From the NCBI GenBank assembly GCA_040285745.1, contig JAUFOR010000003.1, forward strand, positions 372,001 to 436,000: 64,000 bases of DNA, written 5' to 3'. Below the pieces are notes generated by a model, which was not told the DNA's origin, made no database searches, and saw only the letters and a program-made list of their open reading frames with translations. The stretch is from Barthelona sp. PCE. Lineage: Eukaryota. Positions 1 through 8,618 of the stretch are shown in pieces. The stretch's first letter is position 1. Each line of letters opens with the position of its first letter. A program made the translations under genes and the position numbers.

Positions 1-504
1 TTCATCGATTGTGATACATCCGCTGAGAAGAATACCTAGAAAACGTCTGCAATAGTCAAAGTTGAAATTACCTGCAATGAACTCTAAGATTTGTTCTGGG
101 ATCTTCTGAGGATCTTCTGCATTGAATGAAAATGGACTTTCTTCACAGTTTGCAAAATAAATGGCAACAGCAAATTGCTTATAATGTCCATCAAATAACC
201 GTTCAAAAAACTGATTTGGGTATAGATCGAGGATGTTGTGATGCTTTAAACGATCAACAATTGCAAGACCTTCCAAGAAATTTTTCTTGAACGTGTTCTC
301 ATTTGGCAGACTTGTAAATTTGATGAGTATGTATTCTTCGATAGGTAAGGTGTCCTTTTCGTCATTGTCAACGAAGAGCTGTGTAAATAACTGAGTTGGA
401 TCGGCTCTCAAAGCTTCTTTGAGCGAATCCTCTTCAATAAAGTTGGAGAGAAACCCTGAAAACGCTTCTTTTTCAAAGTCGCTTAATTTAAAGTGATCAA
501 TCAT
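1..504 (-). CDS. Hypothetical protein, 5' part only (runs off the window start)
   Basis: ATG at 504 opens a frame of 168 codons with no stop down to position 1 (MIDHFKLSDFEKEAFSGFLSNF...). A CCTTTT motif lies upstream at 519-524 on the minus strand. It is absent from the ORF track because it is truncated. Confidence 0.7.
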   Translation of the reverse strand, partial: MIDHFKLSDFEKEAFSGFLSNFIEEDSLKEALRADPTQLFTQLFVDNDEKDTLPIEEYILIKFTSLPNENTFKKNFLEGLAIVDRLKHHNILDLYPNQFFERLFDGHYKQFAVAIYFANCEESPFSFNAEDPQKIPEQILEFIAGNFNFDYCRRFLGILLSGCITIDE

Positions 505-650
505 GTTGTGTGTTTTGTAAAAGGCGAAAAATGGTTTCACACATTTTATCCTTATTGTAGACTGTCAGTTGCTTTTTAAATGGCAGCACGGAGTTCCAAA
601 GAAAGTAAAATGTTTGTTGTTAGATGAAGAAAAAACCTGTTTTCATAAAA

Positions 651-1196
651 ATGACCTATTCATTTCTTTTAGTTTTAATCTATCTGCTACAAGCTGTAAG
701 TGCCTTCAAAGGTGACCTGAGCTATCATATAGTTGTGGTTGTTGGAAAAAATGTGGATTCCTGCGATTGTGAGCTTTCATTGTTCAATGAAACTGACTTC
801 TATATCACTAAGGCTCATTATGTCAACACAATTACCGATGTGCGAGTAGGAGAAACGTATGAAGCATATTTGAGTTGTCTGAAGTGCTCTCTTGTCAAAA
901 ACCAAGCAGTAGTAACGATTTCTGATAAAGTTTATCAGACAGCATTCTTCATTATTGCTCATCCGGCTAGGGCAAGATGTACTCGGACCACAAATCAACT
1001 ATTTTTGCGTGAGTATTTAAACAGTTTTATTCCTGCTCCTCCTCCTCAGTATTATGCCCTATCACATCGTTTTTATCAGAAAAGAATTCCAAAAAACAAA
1101 GTATTTCAAATTAAATCAATAATTTATATTGTTTTGCTTTTTATAGGAGTACTATTTAATGAAAAAACAAATTATTTTCAACGAATTTTACAATAA
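651..1196 (+). CDS. Hypothetical secreted or single-pass membrane protein
   Basis: Part of ORF 624..1196. The second ATG (651) gives a signal-peptide-like MTYSFLLVLIYLLQAVSA, and there is a C-terminal hydrophobic segment IIYIVLLFIGVLF. Confidence 0.55.
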   Translation: MTYSFLLVLIYLLQAVSAFKGDLSYHIVVVVGKNVDSCDCELSLFNETDFYITKAHYVNTITDVRVGETYEAYLSCLKCSLVKNQAVVTISDKVYQTAFFIIAHPARARCTRTTNQLFLREYLNSFIPAPPPQYYALSHRFYQKRIPKNKVFQIKSIIYIVLLFIGVLFNEKTNYFQRILQ

Positions 1197-1204
1197 TTAC
1201 ACTA

Positions 1205-1954
1205 CTATAGACCATCAACCATCTTCCAAACGCATACATCTGTTGGTTGTTTTGTCGCATAATTCTTCTGAGTCTCAACGACGATTTCGTAATCTAAACC
1301 GTATATGTTCTGCAAAGGAGTGTTGTGGATTGAGACACATTGTCCTGTAAAGTGATGATAGAATAAACATCCTTCATTAGGTTGAACGGGGGTTCCTACA
1401 TAGTCTTCCCTGAAGCTAGGGTCAATATGAGTGAATGTGAAAAGAGAGCGTTGATGATCAATGGGTGCAAGATACAAAACTTGTTTCTGACTGACTAAAG
1501 TTTGCAAGTTAAAAGATTTGGTTGCTGAGTGAAGGTACATGGGTTCGGGGAAGATATCAGAGGCCAGTCGCAACCTGAAAAGATCTCCATAGCATAATTC
1601 AACATCTAAATTGTCAACTTTTTCTAACACAAAGACTCCTCTTTTATCGACCTTGGAATTCATTGAGGCATTGACATAGTACTGCTTTGACACAAAATTT
1701 AAAGGGTCAGCGTTATTTACGCTTAAAAAGGAATTAGGATATTTTTCTGAACAGCTTTTAATGATAACTGCATCACCATGTGTCAATTGACCATCGTTGC
1801 TAATCGCTCCATTTGCTTCTGCTACGCTTGAAATGAAGGAACTCATAGTAGATTCCATGTGCATGTCTGTTCCATGCTGTAACGTATCATTTTCTGCTAC
1901 ACGCTGCTCATACCAGTTTCCGAGCAATGTTCGGGCTGAGAATTCAAGTGTCAT
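1205..1954 (-). CDS. CFAP161: Cilia/flagella-associated protein 161 (C15orf26) homologue
   Basis: N-terminal 'LLGNWYEQR' matches the GNWxE motif. 'DPSFREDYVGTPVQPN', 'HHFTGQ', 'YGLDYEIV' and terminal 'WKMV' follow the CFAP161 pattern. Confidence 0.75.
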   Translation of the reverse strand: MTLEFSARTLLGNWYEQRVAENDTLQHGTDMHMESTMSSFISSVAEANGAISNDGQLTHGDAVIIKSCSEKYPNSFLSVNNADPLNFVSKQYYVNASMNSKVDKRGVFVLEKVDNLDVELCYGDLFRLRLASDIFPEPMYLHSATKSFNLQTLVSQKQVLYLAPIDHQRSLFTFTHIDPSFREDYVGTPVQPNEGCLFYHHFTGQCVSIHNTPLQNIYGLDYEIVVETQKNYATKQPTDVCVWKMVDGL

Positions 1955-2347
1955 TCTTGATAGGGGAAAAAATTTGAAAGCTGAGTGTATTGAACGAATC
2001 CAAGGAAGATCTAATATATGTGGGGGGAGAGGGTGATATTTTGCACCAGCTTGTTGACATCTTGACTCGGTTCACATCAAAAACTAAAGACCCCAGTGTT
2101 TTTAAATACTTTTACAACATTTTCTTAGTCAATACACGTGTACCAGGCTATTGTAAATATGAAAAGCATATTTTTAAAGGTTGTTTCACATATAACGCCG
2201 TAAAATTTAATGAGTGTTTTTACACTTTTTATAAGGATGAGTAGGCTTGAAATATTGATGTGCCACAGTTTTATAAATATAAGTAAAAAAAGAATGAACA
2301 AATTTTCTGGAATTTCATTTCTCCACTTTCTCCACAGTTTTAATGTC

Positions 2348-3943
2348 ATGGTACAGGAAAAAGGTAATTTATTTGGGGCTGGAGCAATCCTAAAACACAA
2401 AGCACAGCGAAAACGTCGAGATCGATTTCTTAAACGAAGGGCTAAACTCGATCAGGGACGACAATCAACTGATGTCATATCAGATTGGGTAGATTGGGGG
2501 AATGTGTGCTCAAAGATTGAGAATTCTCAATCTACAGATGAAATTGTTGATATTTTTCGTGTTTCAAGCAAACATGCCATTGAAAAGAATGTGTCTTCTA
2601 TTTTAAATGCCGGATTTGCTGAAGCAGCTTTCAATCATTTGCAATTAGGCAGTGAAAACATTAATGAAACTATTTTTCGTGCAGCATGTCAGTTTCTAAT
2701 TAATTTTGCATCTATTCAATGTGAGGGGATGGAAAATTTAGTCTTCTTAAAAAGTAATATCGATATTCAATCATTCAGAGATTTGTTAGAATCTGATTTT
2801 TCACCGAAAGTCAAAAGTTTAGCAGTTTGGTTGATTGCCAATGTAGTAGGTTCATCCTACGAGTGCTTTCTTGCACTCTGGCAGGAGGATATGGTTTCTT
2901 TTGCTGATTTCCTTGATTGTAAGAGTGTAAGTCTCAGAGCAACACTATACTGGCTTTTTTCAACTTGTGCCATACAGCTTGTAACCAACAAAGATAACAT
3001 CGATCCAGAGGAATATGATGATTGTATGCACATGTTGACAGAGAAACTGATAACGGGTATTTCAGATGATGCCGGTGCTGTTGTAGTTGAATGTTCAAGT
3101 GGATTGAGTGCCCTACTTGCAATGAGCTCCGATAAAACACACGAGGAATATGTATGGTATTCTCTTGAAAATCATAGCTTTTTGGATATGCTCCCAACCA
3201 TATTACAAAGATGCCTTCCACAGCAAATTGCACTATCATCCGTTCTAAAGCTTTTGAGCGATGTGAGCATCATCCTTGATGAGGAAAGCATAATGCAACT
3301 GATTGATAAGGGCTTGTTGGTTAGTATTTACACTTTATTGTTTAGCACAGATGCAGATACGTTGAAGACATGTTTAAATCTTTTGAGCAACTGGACGCTT
3401 AGTGTATCAGGTATGTTTGATAATATGAAAGAGATGGAAATGTTTGAGGCAATTTTTGATCTTGTCTCGGATAGTTCATTATCACCAAAGGTAAATTTTG
3501 AGGCCATACGTTTAGTTGCAGTTGTTGTTCAACAGTCCAACGATGAAGAAATGGCAGAACTAGTAGATTACGGAATATTAGATTGTTTTAGCGAAGCGCT
3601 CAGTATCAGATCAATTGAGATTGCACAATATGTTTTTCATAGTCTTACTCGAATAATTAAGCAATTGTCGTTCCATCCCAACCTAAGTGATAATTGGTTA
3701 TTGGAACAGATCACGTTAACTGAGGATTTATATGAGAACATAGAATATTTTGCACGAACGGAGTTTTTTACCATTGAGCAAATACAATCACTTGCTGAAA
3801 CATGTTTAATGGTTTTACAAAATGTTAATATTAGTCAAACCGATTTGGAGCGTGAATTCAGAATTATTGATGAAGATATTTGTTCAACATTCGTTTATAA
3901 TGATGAATCTGAATCTGAAGAAGATAATGATCTATATCTGTAA
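2348..3943 (+). CDS. ARM-repeat protein, divergent importin-alpha-like
   Basis: Basic IBB-like segment 'HKAQRKRRDRFLKRR' followed by ARM-type helices ('LAVWLIANVVG', 'CLNLLSNWT'). Start placed at the in-frame ATG 2348 of ORF 2210..3943. Confidence 0.6.
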   Translation: MVQEKGNLFGAGAILKHKAQRKRRDRFLKRRAKLDQGRQSTDVISDWVDWGNVCSKIENSQSTDEIVDIFRVSSKHAIEKNVSSILNAGFAEAAFNHLQLGSENINETIFRAACQFLINFASIQCEGMENLVFLKSNIDIQSFRDLLESDFSPKVKSLAVWLIANVVGSSYECFLALWQEDMVSFADFLDCKSVSLRATLYWLFSTCAIQLVTNKDNIDPEEYDDCMHMLTEKLITGISDDAGAVVVECSSGLSALLAMSSDKTHEEYVWYSLENHSFLDMLPTILQRCLPQQIALSSVLKLLSDVSIILDEESIMQLIDKGLLVSIYTLLFSTDADTLKTCLNLLSNWTLSVSGMFDNMKEMEMFEAIFDLVSDSSLSPKVNFEAIRLVAVVVQQSNDEEMAELVDYGILDCFSEALSIRSIEIAQYVFHSLTRIIKQLSFHPNLSDNWLLEQITLTEDLYENIEYFARTEFFTIEQIQSLAETCLMVLQNVNISQTDLEREFRIIDEDICSTFVYNDESESEEDNDLYL

Positions 3944-3948
3944 AGGAA

Positions 3949-5424
3949 TCACTTTAGCTGCAAATCTAGAATGAGTTCACTTGTTCTCCTAACATTCTTT
4001 TCACGTTCATTATACATTTTGCCAAGAACATCACGTTGAGTGGTTGCAATTGATGATACAGCTTTCCGCATTGTATTGAATGTGCTATTAACTTGTGCAC
4101 TAACGGTTTCAAGCTGTCTGATCTCCTGATCATATGACAGTGCTTCACTGTTTATATTATCAAAAGATTGGCTTGCTTCCAATTCAATCTGTTTGAGCTG
4201 ACCTTTCATATCAAGATTGTAACCTGTTTCAACTTCAACCGAACGTGATGTATCTTGAAGATCGCTGCGTACCTTATCGTGCCTATTGCGAAGTAAATTC
4301 AACTTTGAGTCTAACTCTTGAATTGTCTCGTGCGCTATAGAATCTTTCTTGATTATCAAATCAAGGTCACGCTGTTGCAACACCATCTCCTTTTTTTTCT
4401 CTTTTAACTTCTTCAGTTTATCTGTAGCATCCTGGAAGAAGGATGTGAGCACATCGAATCGGGCAAGCTGTTCTTCAAGTTCAGCGTTCTTTGCTTTTAA
4501 ATTACGTAAGTTTGTCTCATATTGACTGTTTTCATCTTCCAACTCTGGAATGCGCTTTAATAAACGATCAATGTCGATGTCTTCCTCCATCCTATACTCT
4601 TTGATGCGCTCTTCATATGTTTGGATTTGACTTTCGTTCATATGAGTTTCCTCACTACAATCTTTGAGGGTTCTATCAAGACTACTCTTCTTCTCTTTCT
4701 CACGCTCGATTAATCTGTTCATCTCATCTAGTTTCTCCTTCAATTCAAGACGTTGCACATTCTTTTCTTGTTCTTCTTTAAGAAATTCATTAAAAACTTG
4801 TTCTTTTTCCTTTTCTTCTATTTTCAATTGATCAATCCTCTGCTGTTGTTCTTCATTGCGGGTTTGCATCTCCACAACCGCATCGTCAGCATCAAAAACA
4901 GGCTTGAAATAGTCTTCCCAGAAACACCCAACTGAGAACACGTTTTTAATAGCACTATCAAGCTGTTTTTTGGAAGGAAATAATACGCTTTTCAATGTCC
5001 ACTTTAGATCAGTTGTAGTTACTTTAGAGAACATGCGTTGAAATAATTCATGGTAGTACAATATTTCAACAGTTTTATCCAACAATTCTTCATTTATATC
5101 ATTCGTAATCATAATGCGATGTATATTGATATCTTTACCATTTTCATCCAGATCGTTCTCACTAAGAGGATGATTGAAAAACTGAAAGAAAGAAAGAAAC
5201 TCACGAAAAATAGTTATGACAGTGTTGGTGTTTGGATAATGTAATTCCTTCATCAGCTTCTTCCTGTTTGCCCTGAGTGCATCAGTTTCTGCTTGACTAA
5301 CACAATCTTCAGGATCTCCGCTTAAAAAACGAAGAATCAATTCTTCTGAGACTTGGTGTTCATGCGGAAGCAAAATATCGGGTGCTCCTTCGAATTCATC
5401 TTCATCAAATGAATGATCGGACAT
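3949..5424 (-). CDS. NUF2: Kinetochore protein Nuf2-like (CH domain plus long coiled coil)
   Basis: 'ELHYPNTNTVITIFREFL' and 'WTLKSVLFPSKKQLDSAIKNVFSVGCFWE' align by eye with the Nuf2 CH-domain motifs (DLxxPxP..IY..L; F...D...P...R....LS..INF..FRE). About 300 aa of coiled coil follow. Confidence 0.6.
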   Translation of the reverse strand: MSDHSFDEDEFEGAPDILLPHEHQVSEELILRFLSGDPEDCVSQAETDALRANRKKLMKELHYPNTNTVITIFREFLSFFQFFNHPLSENDLDENGKDINIHRIMITNDINEELLDKTVEILYYHELFQRMFSKVTTTDLKWTLKSVLFPSKKQLDSAIKNVFSVGCFWEDYFKPVFDADDAVVEMQTRNEEQQQRIDQLKIEEKEKEQVFNEFLKEEQEKNVQRLELKEKLDEMNRLIEREKEKKSSLDRTLKDCSEETHMNESQIQTYEERIKEYRMEEDIDIDRLLKRIPELEDENSQYETNLRNLKAKNAELEEQLARFDVLTSFFQDATDKLKKLKEKKKEMVLQQRDLDLIIKKDSIAHETIQELDSKLNLLRNRHDKVRSDLQDTSRSVEVETGYNLDMKGQLKQIELEASQSFDNINSEALSYDQEIRQLETVSAQVNSTFNTMRKAVSSIATTQRDVLGKMYNEREKNVRRTSELILDLQLK

Positions 5425-5784
5425 TGTCAAAGCCCCAAGAGTGAAGATAAGAGATATGTTTGTGTTTTCAGAATAATGTTTAACTTTTGAAAGTAAACTC
5501 AGGATGTATTGGGTTTGAACAAGTACATGATGAAAATATTAGCAATAACGGTTGAGAGAATTATCATTATTTGCCAGGCTTGTTTTTGGAAGATTTTTGC
5601 ACTTTTTACAACTCTTAACACAGTTCAACCATTCCAGATGTTCTCCTAAATTATATGGGAAGTACATCTGAAGTACATGTGTTGGAATCTATTTTTTTTC
5701 CTCCTTCACGCGTTTTTTTTCGCTTCTTTATACTTATCACAAGTTTATTATTCCCTTTACACACAATTTACAAAATATCTAATC

Positions 5785-6945
5785 ATGTCTGACGCTATTC
5801 AAGCCAAAATTCAGGATATTGATGAAGAAATTGCTCGTACGCAAGTCAACAAACGAACAATGTCCCATCTTTGTTTGCTGAGATCGAGGAGAGCAGAGCT
5901 CACCCGACAAATGATGCAATTGTCTAAGAAAAGTGGCGGTGGTCAATTCGATGGTTTCAGCATTCAGAAAACAGGTAAACCGCGAATCTCACTGGTTGGA
6001 TCTCCGTCAGTGGGAAAAAGTAGTCTTATGAACATTTTCATGGGAGATGAGGAATTTTCTGAAGTTAACGAACGTCAGTTTACAACACTCACAGCTATCC
6101 CTGGTACCGTCGACCTGGGCGAAGATATCCCCACAAAGGGTGCAGGAGCTACAAAAGTCCAAATTGTTGATCTCCCAGGTATTATCGATGGTGCTATTCA
6201 ACTTAACAGAGGTGGTGGTCGTCAAATTCTTTCTACAGCACGTACATCTGACTTGGTTCTCATCCTCCTTGACGGTACTCGTCCTTGGGGAGAGAAAAAG
6301 ATGATTGAACGAGAGTTACATCAATTTGGAATCCGGTTAAACAAGAAACCCAAACATATTATTGTTCGTAAGCTTAGCTCTGGTGGTATTAGATATCGTT
6401 CTACATGTCGTCTGACTAAAATTTCAAAGGAAGAAGTTGAGTCAGCCTGTAAGCAGTTTAAGTTTAACAGTGTTGATATCCTTTTCCGTGAGGATGCTAA
6501 TATGGAAGACTTGCTGGATGCTCTTCATAACACACAATCACCTGGCTTCATTGTTTACATTCCGTGTGTATATGCACTGAACAAGATTGATATGCTCAGT
6601 TTGCAAGAAGTGAATCTGTGGAACAAGTTTGAAAACATGTGTCCTATTAGTGTTAAACAAGGATGGAACATTGATGAACTGAAGGAGATGATGTGGGAGA
6701 GATTGGACTTGATTCGTGTTTATACAAAACCCAGAAGCTCTGATCCAGATTTTGAAGATCCAGTTATCTTGAGAAGAGATAAGTCTACAGTTGAAGATTT
6801 CTGTATGAAGATCCACAAGACTTTGGCTCAAAATATGAGATATGCCTGGGTGTGGGGACGTAGTGTTAAGTTTTCTCCAGGTAGAGCAGGTTTATCACAT
6901 AATTTGGCTGATGAGGATGTCGTACATATCGTAGCAAAGATATAA
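5785..6945 (+). CDS. DRG1: Developmentally regulated GTP-binding protein (OBG family, TGS domain)
   Basis: 'KIQDIDEEIARTQVNK', G1 GSPSVGKS, FTTLT, DLPG, NKID and TGS 'TVEDFCMKIHK...YAWVWGRSVK...EDVVHIV'. Confidence 0.92.
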   Translation: MSDAIQAKIQDIDEEIARTQVNKRTMSHLCLLRSRRAELTRQMMQLSKKSGGGQFDGFSIQKTGKPRISLVGSPSVGKSSLMNIFMGDEEFSEVNERQFTTLTAIPGTVDLGEDIPTKGAGATKVQIVDLPGIIDGAIQLNRGGGRQILSTARTSDLVLILLDGTRPWGEKKMIERELHQFGIRLNKKPKHIIVRKLSSGGIRYRSTCRLTKISKEEVESACKQFKFNSVDILFREDANMEDLLDALHNTQSPGFIVYIPCVYALNKIDMLSLQEVNLWNKFENMCPISVKQGWNIDELKEMMWERLDLIRVYTKPRSSDPDFEDPVILRRDKSTVEDFCMKIHKTLAQNMRYAWVWGRSVKFSPGRAGLSHNLADEDVVHIVAKI

Positions 6946-7123
6946 ACCAGTAAAAAAAGAATATTAACACAAGTGATGTTGTACCTTACACATATTTTGG
7001 TTTCGCTTAGATCTTCCTTTTCCTTTTGGGTTTTTCAATTTGACGATTTACAGCTCCAATTTTTGGAATACGTACCCCCACTGCCCAGCAACTAACATCG
7101 AAATTTTGGATTTTAACTACACA

Positions 7124-7510
7124 ATGATACTTGCTGCTTTTTTGGTAGCAGTAATGTGGAGCACATCTTCTTTTTGTTTGAAATACTCTATGAATTCTGT
7201 TGGAAAACGACGTGTTTTGCCAAAAAATTCTCCAACCAAGAAAAAAATACTGTATTATATGTGGATGTACACAAGATTACCAGTTTTATGCTCTTTATTA
7301 TTGAATGTATGTGGAAGCATATTCTTTTATGTGTTTTTGAGCATGCACTCGTTGCTATTTGCAGTGATCACTAATGCAATGAATTTAATGGTCAGTGCAA
7401 TTGCATCCTTCATTATTGGAGAAACACAGCTATGTTTTTCTATGGTATGTGGCAGTATTTTGAGTATCTTAGGATGTGTATGCATTTCTGCAGCAACACC
7501 ATCTTCTTAA
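7124..7510 (+). CDS. TMEM234: TMEM234-like small DMT-superfamily membrane protein
   Basis: 'LVAVMWSTS', 'LLNVCGSIFFY', 'ITNAMNL' and 'IIGE' match the TMEM234 pattern, with about 4 TM segments. Confidence 0.7.
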   Translation: MILAAFLVAVMWSTSSFCLKYSMNSVGKRRVLPKNSPTKKKILYYMWMYTRLPVLCSLLLNVCGSIFFYVFLSMHSLLFAVITNAMNLMVSAIASFIIGETQLCFSMVCGSILSILGCVCISAATPSS

Positions 7511-7513
7511 TTT

Positions 7514-7990
7514 CTAATTTTTCTTTAAAAATTCTCCATATTGAATGAGTAAAGCTCTATGTTGACCACTGATATCAACGATATGGCGGTATGATGTAAC
7601 ATGATTCACAGCGCTTCGATAATCAAGATTACAATACTTCATTAATAGTGCTGCAATTAAAGTTGCAGAACGTGTGATTCCCAACTGACAATGAACAAAA
7701 ACACTCTCGCCGTTCATGAGCTTATCCCATATTACGGGAAGTACCTCTTCTAAACGGTAGTGTACGTAAGACTGTCCTTTAAAAAATTGTAAGAGGACAT
7801 CCAAACTTTCAAATGTATCGTTATGGCCTACAATGCCTTCATGAGACACATCCGTTGGTGCAACATTGACAACAAATGTAAATGGAGTATCAAGTGATTC
7901 GATATCTTCACGGTTTCGTATAGCCCCAAAAGGACCAAGGTAAAGTTTCGCCTGAGCATTTCCTGGGACTGGAATCTGATCAAATGTCAT
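7514..7990 (-). CDS. Dual-specificity protein phosphatase
   Basis: 'LYLG' plus the intact PTP-loop 'VFVHCQLGITRSATLIAALLM' (HCx5R). Confidence 0.9.
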   Translation of the reverse strand: MTFDQIPVPGNAQAKLYLGPFGAIRNREDIESLDTPFTFVVNVAPTDVSHEGIVGHNDTFESLDVLLQFFKGQSYVHYRLEEVLPVIWDKLMNGESVFVHCQLGITRSATLIAALLMKYCNLDYRSAVNHVTSYRHIVDISGQHRALLIQYGEFLKKN

Positions 7991-8024
7991 AAAATTGAAG
8001 ATGTGTTGCAGAAAAGGTTATAGT

Positions 8025-8261
8025 TTTCGTAGGAGGTTGTAAATTTACTTCGGAGTTAGACACTTGTACGGGAGTTGCGAGCTCCCTCGAGTGCTGTGCT
8101 TGCACTGAGAATTGTTCTAGAGCCCTTTTTTTAAAATAAAAGGGGAGAAAGAAATGATGTAAGTACTCACAGAGTACAAGAGGGAAGACCGCGTGTCTAC
8201 TCCTCAGTAGATTTACTCCTACGAAATAGCGTGTTATTCACAAGCGTGCCATACAGCACGT
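8025..8261 (+). ncRNA. Candidate structured non-coding RNA of unknown family
   Basis: Nested complementary arms: 8025-8035/8216-8226, 8039-8049/8206-8216, 8052-8063/8193-8203, 8063-8069/8174-8180, 8089-8095/8162-8168. Hairpins at 8070-8086, 8123-8144 and 8245-8260. The non-Watson-Crick pairs inside the stems are G-U on the + strand. Confidence 0.6.
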
Positions 8262-8602
8262 ATTATTGCTAATTCTATTGGTGTCAGAGAAGATAAACAC
8301 AAAATTTTCCACATAAATGTTGAGGATATGTTGCTATTAGAACATATAATACTTTATGAGTTTCTACACCTTATACCTTATTATATTGTAATTTGCTTGT
8401 TGCAAGTTCTTTTTTTGTCAGGTTTACTTTAAGTTTTGCATCTTTAGTAAGTAGTATTAATTTTTTTGAGCGCAGGTATTTTTTCTGAAACCAAAATTGG
8501 AGTCAAATCATTGTCTAGGAAGCTAAATGTATCACTGTGATGTAGTGAACACAACTGTATGAAGGTCAATGAATTTTACAGTTTGAAAACTATTTTATCT
8601 CC

Positions 8603-8608
8603 CCTTTT
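8603..8608 (+). promoter_or_regulatory. CCTTTT putative initiator-like core promoter element (representative copy, thiolase)
   Basis: The same motif occurs about 5-45 nt upstream of at least 17 start codons in this window (listed in the findings). Confidence 0.55.
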
Positions 8609-8618
8609 CAACAACTAA

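Noticed and set aside
1990-2400. Short ORFs 1990..2244 (+) and 2125..2400 (-)
   Set aside because: AT-rich divergent promoter region, non-ATG starts and no protein-like features.
8105-8160. CTGA ... ATGATGT as snoRNA/U3 boxes, or CTGAGA...GAAA as a hammerhead core
   Set aside because: There are no terminal C and D boxes or U3 box A. The hammerhead needs CUGANGA with correctly placed stems, which is not met.
8181-8193. GGGAAGACCGCG as RNase P CR-I or a cobalamin-riboswitch B12 box
   Set aside because: There is no complementary CR-V/P4 partner or specificity domain downstream, and the other cobalamin riboswitch motifs are absent.
8285-8296. CAGAGAAGATAA resembling the U6 snRNA ACAGAGAAGAUUAGC core
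   Set aside because: The invariant ACAGAGA is incomplete (TCAGAGA), the AGC triad and internal stem-loop are missing, and the flanks do not match U6.
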